This document shows, in pieces, positions 60,501 through 64,000 of a stretch of DNA of 64,000 bases. A model generated the notes under the pieces. It did not search any database. It was not told the origin of the DNA and worked only from the letters and a program-made list of their open reading frames with translations. Source of the stretch: Heteronotia binoei. Its lineage: Eukaryota. The stretch covers positions 117,924,001 through 117,988,000 of the forward strand of contig NC_083224.1 in the NCBI RefSeq assembly GCF_032191835.1. The letters run 5' to 3'. The translations under genes were made by a program, and so were the position numbers. Each line of letters starts with the position of its first letter. Position 1 is the first letter of the stretch.

Positions 60501-60900
60501 TACTTGCTCTCCAGCTTCCTTAGGTCTTTATGCTTTTTGTGGCAAAATGCCCAATTATCTATCAGACCTAACCACTCCAAGTCATCGCAGGGCATTTATG
60601 TTGGCCAGACTAAACGCGTTTCCCTCCAAAGTTTTACAAGGGAGATATCAGCGAGTCCCTTTAGCCGACAGACTTTGCTCCTGTGGAGCGAATACCCCTG
60701 ACTCAATCCAGCATATATTGCTTGATTGTTCTTTTTACCATAACCTCCGTAAAGATTTATTTGGCAAGCTTTCTTTTTCTCCAGATTTGTCTATTCTGCC
60801 ACCCTGTTATTATTTATTGAGTGATACTGAGGGGGTGGTTAGTGAGGCTGTGGCAAAATTTCTGGCTGACATCCTTAAATTTAATTCTGACCATGTTTGA
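57556..60900 (+). CDS. LINE ORF2: APE endonuclease, reverse transcriptase and C-terminal CCHC-type finger (1114 codons, no initiating AUG)
   Basis: IISWNIAG, FLQETW, GDFNAR, SVIDF, SDHLP; KAPGPDG, FRPISLL, QIGF, FIDLKGAFDSI, GVKQGCVLAPHLF, LLYADD; CSCG...IQHILLDC. The frame is open from 57556 and is the same frame as ORF1. Confidence 0.95.
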   Translation, partial: LPAREATRKIHIISWNIAGWKSKANDSDFLDFLKSFDCVFLQETWAEDSFRLTDFKVFNLPAYRSHSKGRSKAGMAALVKSSLPFKVILLDPCPPIAQALLLSSPALTLIMINVYLAPSNGELEFDAVWEKFSDYVTSLSRKFHTAQLMIFGDFNARIGSNNQKWISHFGFEAVESPPLQLCLPRCSKDTLTNKAGLRLIEFCIAHNVIIFNGLSKFPAANDFTFFSTRGCSVIDFCVGSSNLLSSIDNFYIDPRTESDHLPLTLSLRLDLEVNMVSPSQSMKAPENVLKKIKWSPALEREFSSLFGSEALCRLRDSIINSNSDDSILSGFSLLIDYCSAKAKPVILSRSSFSSWFDTDCLAWKQELRAHFKEACHSKDQSKIKAYIAYKTAYLELTTSKKKAFFQNKWDQLYHSIKSNDNKAFWRIISGNLKNNSVTDPNISEQTWVDYFSNIFAAPCVSPPILANPSVTDMPVWPPVTLEEISELLKDLKAGKAPGPDGLPTEVFTKFADWWLLPLAKLFSFIDLHGSIPDSWLDSIIIPIYKKGGLELPENFRPISLLSIVGKLYAKHLELRLTDWMRLGNIIGPEQIGFSKGKSAMDHCCTLAFLAEKYMHTGSKKLYAAFIDLKGAFDSIDRAQLWIKLGYLGMDPRLLFLLRKLHSNTFCQVKFSSSGDLTSKIPVLKGVKQGCVLAPHLFNLFLTDLAQFLTPINGHPPKLAGRAVPLLLYADDTTILSCTRVGLQRYLNAFYDYCNCNSLSINYAKSKVVVFSNCWGPQRWFIGNSTIEQTKIFKYLGITFNHKLSWVSHRNNTINLAKCSAAQIKQFFFARGNQLVPAAIKVFKAKTLAQILYGIPIWISAFTRKVEGIQASFFRQILGLPKCVSYFALCSEVGQSLVETKAWIAVFKSWLKIHFRTDPNSLLDCMKRDPYISSWTAVLLSKLNQLGLEVDDFSTSEESYIFRCIKLRLWELEETKLRPTLPYTCSPASLGLYAFCGKMPNYLSDLTTPSHRRAFMLARLNAFPSKVLQGRYQRVPLADRLCSCGANTPDSIQHILLDCSFYHNLRKDLFGKLSFSPDLSILPPCYYLLSDTEGVVSEAVAKFLADILKFNSDHV

Positions 60901-61017
60901 ATGTATCTGTAAGCTCGGTTTTATTTTGATTTTATCTCCAATGTTTAAATTTTTATATTCTGTGTATTTTTATCTGAATCTATTATGCCATTAAAGGTTT
61001 GGTATGGTATGGTATTG

Positions 61018-61440
61018 GAGTTGTCATTAATATGTTGATGACACCCAGCTTTAACTGTTGATGGGTGACAAGCCAGGAACCACCCCAGTTAATCTGGCTA
61101 ATCTGGTTAATCCATGCAACAGTCATCAACTGGCTGGATTATTGTAACTTGCTCTATGTGGGCCTACCCTTGAGGCTGACTTGAAAACTCCAGCTGGTGC
61201 AAAATGCAACAGCCTGTGTCCTGACAGGAACCCCACACACAGTGCACATCTCTTTGCATTGGCTTCTGGTGGAGATGCACTGGCTTCTGGTGAAATACCG
61301 AATCAGATTCAAGGTCATGGTGTTGACTTTAAAGCTCTTAATGGCCTGGGACCTGTATACCTTTAGGACTGTATACCTTTATCTCCTGATAGACCCCCAG
61401 CAGAGCCTTGTGCTCTGTTGACCAACATTTGCTGATGGTC
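61018..61440 (+). mobile_element. Degenerate L2 RT and C-terminal fragment, right part
   Basis: YVDDTQL, LQLVQNATAC.LTG, and LHWL.V.YRI.FK motifs. Confidence 0.75.
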
Positions 61441-62689
61441 CCCAGCCTGTAAAAAAAGAAGAAAATTAGAGGTTCCAGAGCTCCACTCCTATGAGCTCCT
61501 GCCCAAAATGAGGCCTGCCTTTATATAAAGTAAAAGTTTGATGTAAAAGGATTTTTGTATTCCATTTATTGCCTAACATATATATTGTGTAACATTCACT
61601 GCTCAGGATTTATGAATCCATAAGCTTCTAAGGGAATAAAAGAAAAGGAACAGTAAGGTAAAAGGAAACATATATATTACTAAATCCACATAACTGAGAA
61701 GTATAGAAGATTCATGAATGTAAAAAGGAGCCCATGCTCTTAAATGCAATTTTCTTTGAATGATATTCTTCAGTTCCCTACAGAAGTATAAATATAGATG
61801 TCTTTCAACTAATACAAATAAATCAGTGTTTCTCTTCTTAGTAAATGCTCAGCAGAACCCAGTCTCCTCCGAACAAATGTCATGGCTTGTATGAGGTGCC
61901 AGTTATCATAGACAGACAAGTGAGGGGAAGAAGAACTGACATCTTAATGTGTTTGCCCTTCAGACCCTTCTAAAGAAGAATGGGGATTGAAAGAAAGACC
62001 CTTTATCCTCAAGATAGAGATCCCTGTCTTGGATTAAGCTTGTGATCCCAGGGCAAATGAAATACATTTAGTCATGCCATTTGAATTATGGGTGAATGAT
62101 AATCTGCATTAGTGCACTTTGCTTAAGAGAAGCTATGTTGAACCAGGAAGGAGACTGACTACCCATTATTCCTATAAGTGTCTATATATTCCAATCTGAT
62201 AAAGGGCAAATATGAGAGAGACAACAAGAAAGTAATGTACTGGCAGTGTCTTGACTGAGAGGTGAAACGGTCATTCCAAGTGGGAATATCTTGCACCTGC
62301 TGCAGCTTCCAAAAGAGGTAAACAGTGGGCAAGATAAAAATTGAATGTTTAACTGCTTACAGAATTTCAGTCTTTAAGGCCTCTGATCAAGCAGTAGCTG
62401 TTTGCAATGATTGGTAGTCCTAATTAGTGGTAATATCATTCACTTCAAAAGATACCTCTAGTCTGTTCAATGTGGACAAGTGATCATTATGATGGGGACA
62501 CATACAGTACAAATGCAAGTCGTATCTACTACACGTGCAGAAGCCTGTTTCCACATACAGGCCTCCCTTGCATAGTTAGGGCAGCAGCCTTTTAACAGAG
62601 GCTGTATCTGTGGCTCAGTGGTAGAGTGTCCACTCTACAGTCAATCCCTGAAAACATCTCAGGCAGAAACTGCAGCCTGAGACCTAGAG

Positions 62690-63121
62690 CAAGGGTGTCG
62701 AACTCATGAGGGCCAGATCTTCACCTTGTCGAGCCGGACCATGTGTGTCATAAAATGTAATGCCAGGTAGGAGATATATAAACTTTATAAAGAACACAGA
62801 CAAACACACACACACAGCCTGATACACCTCCCTGGCTTGTTGAGCCTCAGCCAACAGAAGGAAGAGAGGCTTGACTCAGTAGCTCTGCTGTGCAATTGAG
62901 AGAGCCTGGCAAAGCTAGCTCTCCTTCTCCCACTTCCTTCCCAAGGGAGGAGCTTTGCTCTGTAGCTCCAGTGCAATTGAGCAAGTCTGGCAAAGCAAGT
63001 TGTGATATAGAAGGAAGCAGGAGAGGGAGAAGGAAGCAAACAACAATGAGTTGCTTGTGGGCCTGATAGCAGTCCTCTGGGGGCCTGAGTCGGCCCCTGG
63101 GCTGCATATTTGACACCCCTG
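62690..63121. mobile_element. hAT (Charlie-like) MITE
   Basis: TIRs CAAGGGTGTCGAAC / TTTGACACCCCTG, with an 8-bp TSD ACCTAGAG / CCCTAGAG. A same-family right end occurs at about 5925-5939. Confidence 0.8.
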
Positions 63122-64000
63122 CCCTAGAGAGCCTCTGTCCTTCTGTAGGAATCAGGGTTGAGGTTCATCGCACCAGTCTGTCTCTCTCCTGACAGTGGTT
63201 GTTTTACTTATTAATTTAATTGTTTGTGGGATTTTATGTTGTGAGCCGCCCTAAGCCTGCTTCGGCGGGATATAAATCAAATCAAATAAATAAATATTTC
63301 TGCCAGCTGGCTGCAGAATTCAGTAACAGAAAAAAGTGACATCTTTTAAAATATTATTTTCTTTCTCTCACACAGGGTATTAGACACCACAGAGTTTAGG
63401 AGTGTGTTATTGCACATTGGAAGGAAGATTATGATAATGATTACCAAGAGGTCTCTAAGAAGTGTAAAAAATCATGTTGATTAGCTTCCAGCAGTGCCAT
63501 CCTGCCTGAAATAAAATGAAAGAGATTGTTCATTGCTGCATTAAGGGAAGAATTCAGATTCAGCATCATGCTGGGCAAGCACATACAAAACAAATACCTG
63601 TGACAATGGCTCCCCACTGATCAACAGTATATCAGGTTCCCTGTACACAAACTTCAGAATATATTTAAGGTCCATTAAAAAAAAACAGTTTTCATTCTTT
63701 TAACTGTGAATATCAACATGTTTTATAACAATGGCAGCAGACAACATTGGCAGAACAGCTGCAGAGAGCAAAATGCCAAAGGAAATAAAAATTTAGCCTG
63801 TGATCCTTCAGGGTAGGTTATGTCAAGACAGATGCCGACTGCTTCTGTTTGAAGTGCAAGGCAAAACAGACTGCTTTGGTCTTCTTGATTTAACCTGGAA
63901 ATATCAGCAAAGTTGGACACATGATCTTCAGCTGTTTCTGCTAAACCCAACTAGTGGAGGATCTGAACTATCTGTTCTTTTGTCTCTTAACGAAGGATGC

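Larger units (their letters stand above)
55582..61017 (+). mobile_element. Full-length, apparently intact APE-type LINE (RTE-X/Tx1-like; clade not firmly assigned)
   Basis: About 590-bp 5' UTR, ORF1, ORF2, a short 3' UTR ending ATTAAAGGTTT(GGTAT)3, and a 14-bp TSD GAGTTGTCATTAAT (55568-55581 and 61018-61031). Confidence 0.93.

Noticed and set aside
63723-63950. 75-aa minus-strand ORF at the window end
   Set aside because: No recognisable homology or convincing splice sites.
1-64000. CRISPR arrays, rRNA or intact tRNA genes
   Set aside because: None was seen. The tandem repeats are simple or TE-internal, and the tRNA-like sequences are SINE heads or a PBS.

Overview
Repeat-dense vertebrate genomic DNA. 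It is probably from a squamate, most likely a gecko; this is inferred from Squam3-like tRNA SINEs, BovB, L2, CR1, Penelope and many hAT-type MITEs. I could not identify a host protein-coding gene, and nearly all short ORFs in the track are TE fragments or noise. Main observations: (1) a full-length, apparently intact APE-type LINE (RTE-X/Tx1-like, 55582-61017) with a 14-bp TSD. Its ORF1 and ORF2 lie in the same frame, separated by a single TGA in a TGA-CTA context, and ORF2 has no AUG before the endonuclease catalytic motifs. This is a candidate for programmed stop-codon readthrough. (2) Two fragments of related class I ERVs, env+PPT+3'LTR at 801-2690 and 5'LTR+tRNA-Arg PBS+leader at 50625-52673. 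Both have one clean LTR end, one truncated end and a long duplication of the target flank (about 605 bp and 108 bp) instead of a 4-6 bp TSD. (3) A degenerate homologue of the LINE ORF1 that abuts an L1 ORF2 fragment. (4) Multi-layer TE nesting, four solo LTRs with TSDs and several MITEs with 8-bp TSDs. Clade and family names come from motif recognition, not database searches.
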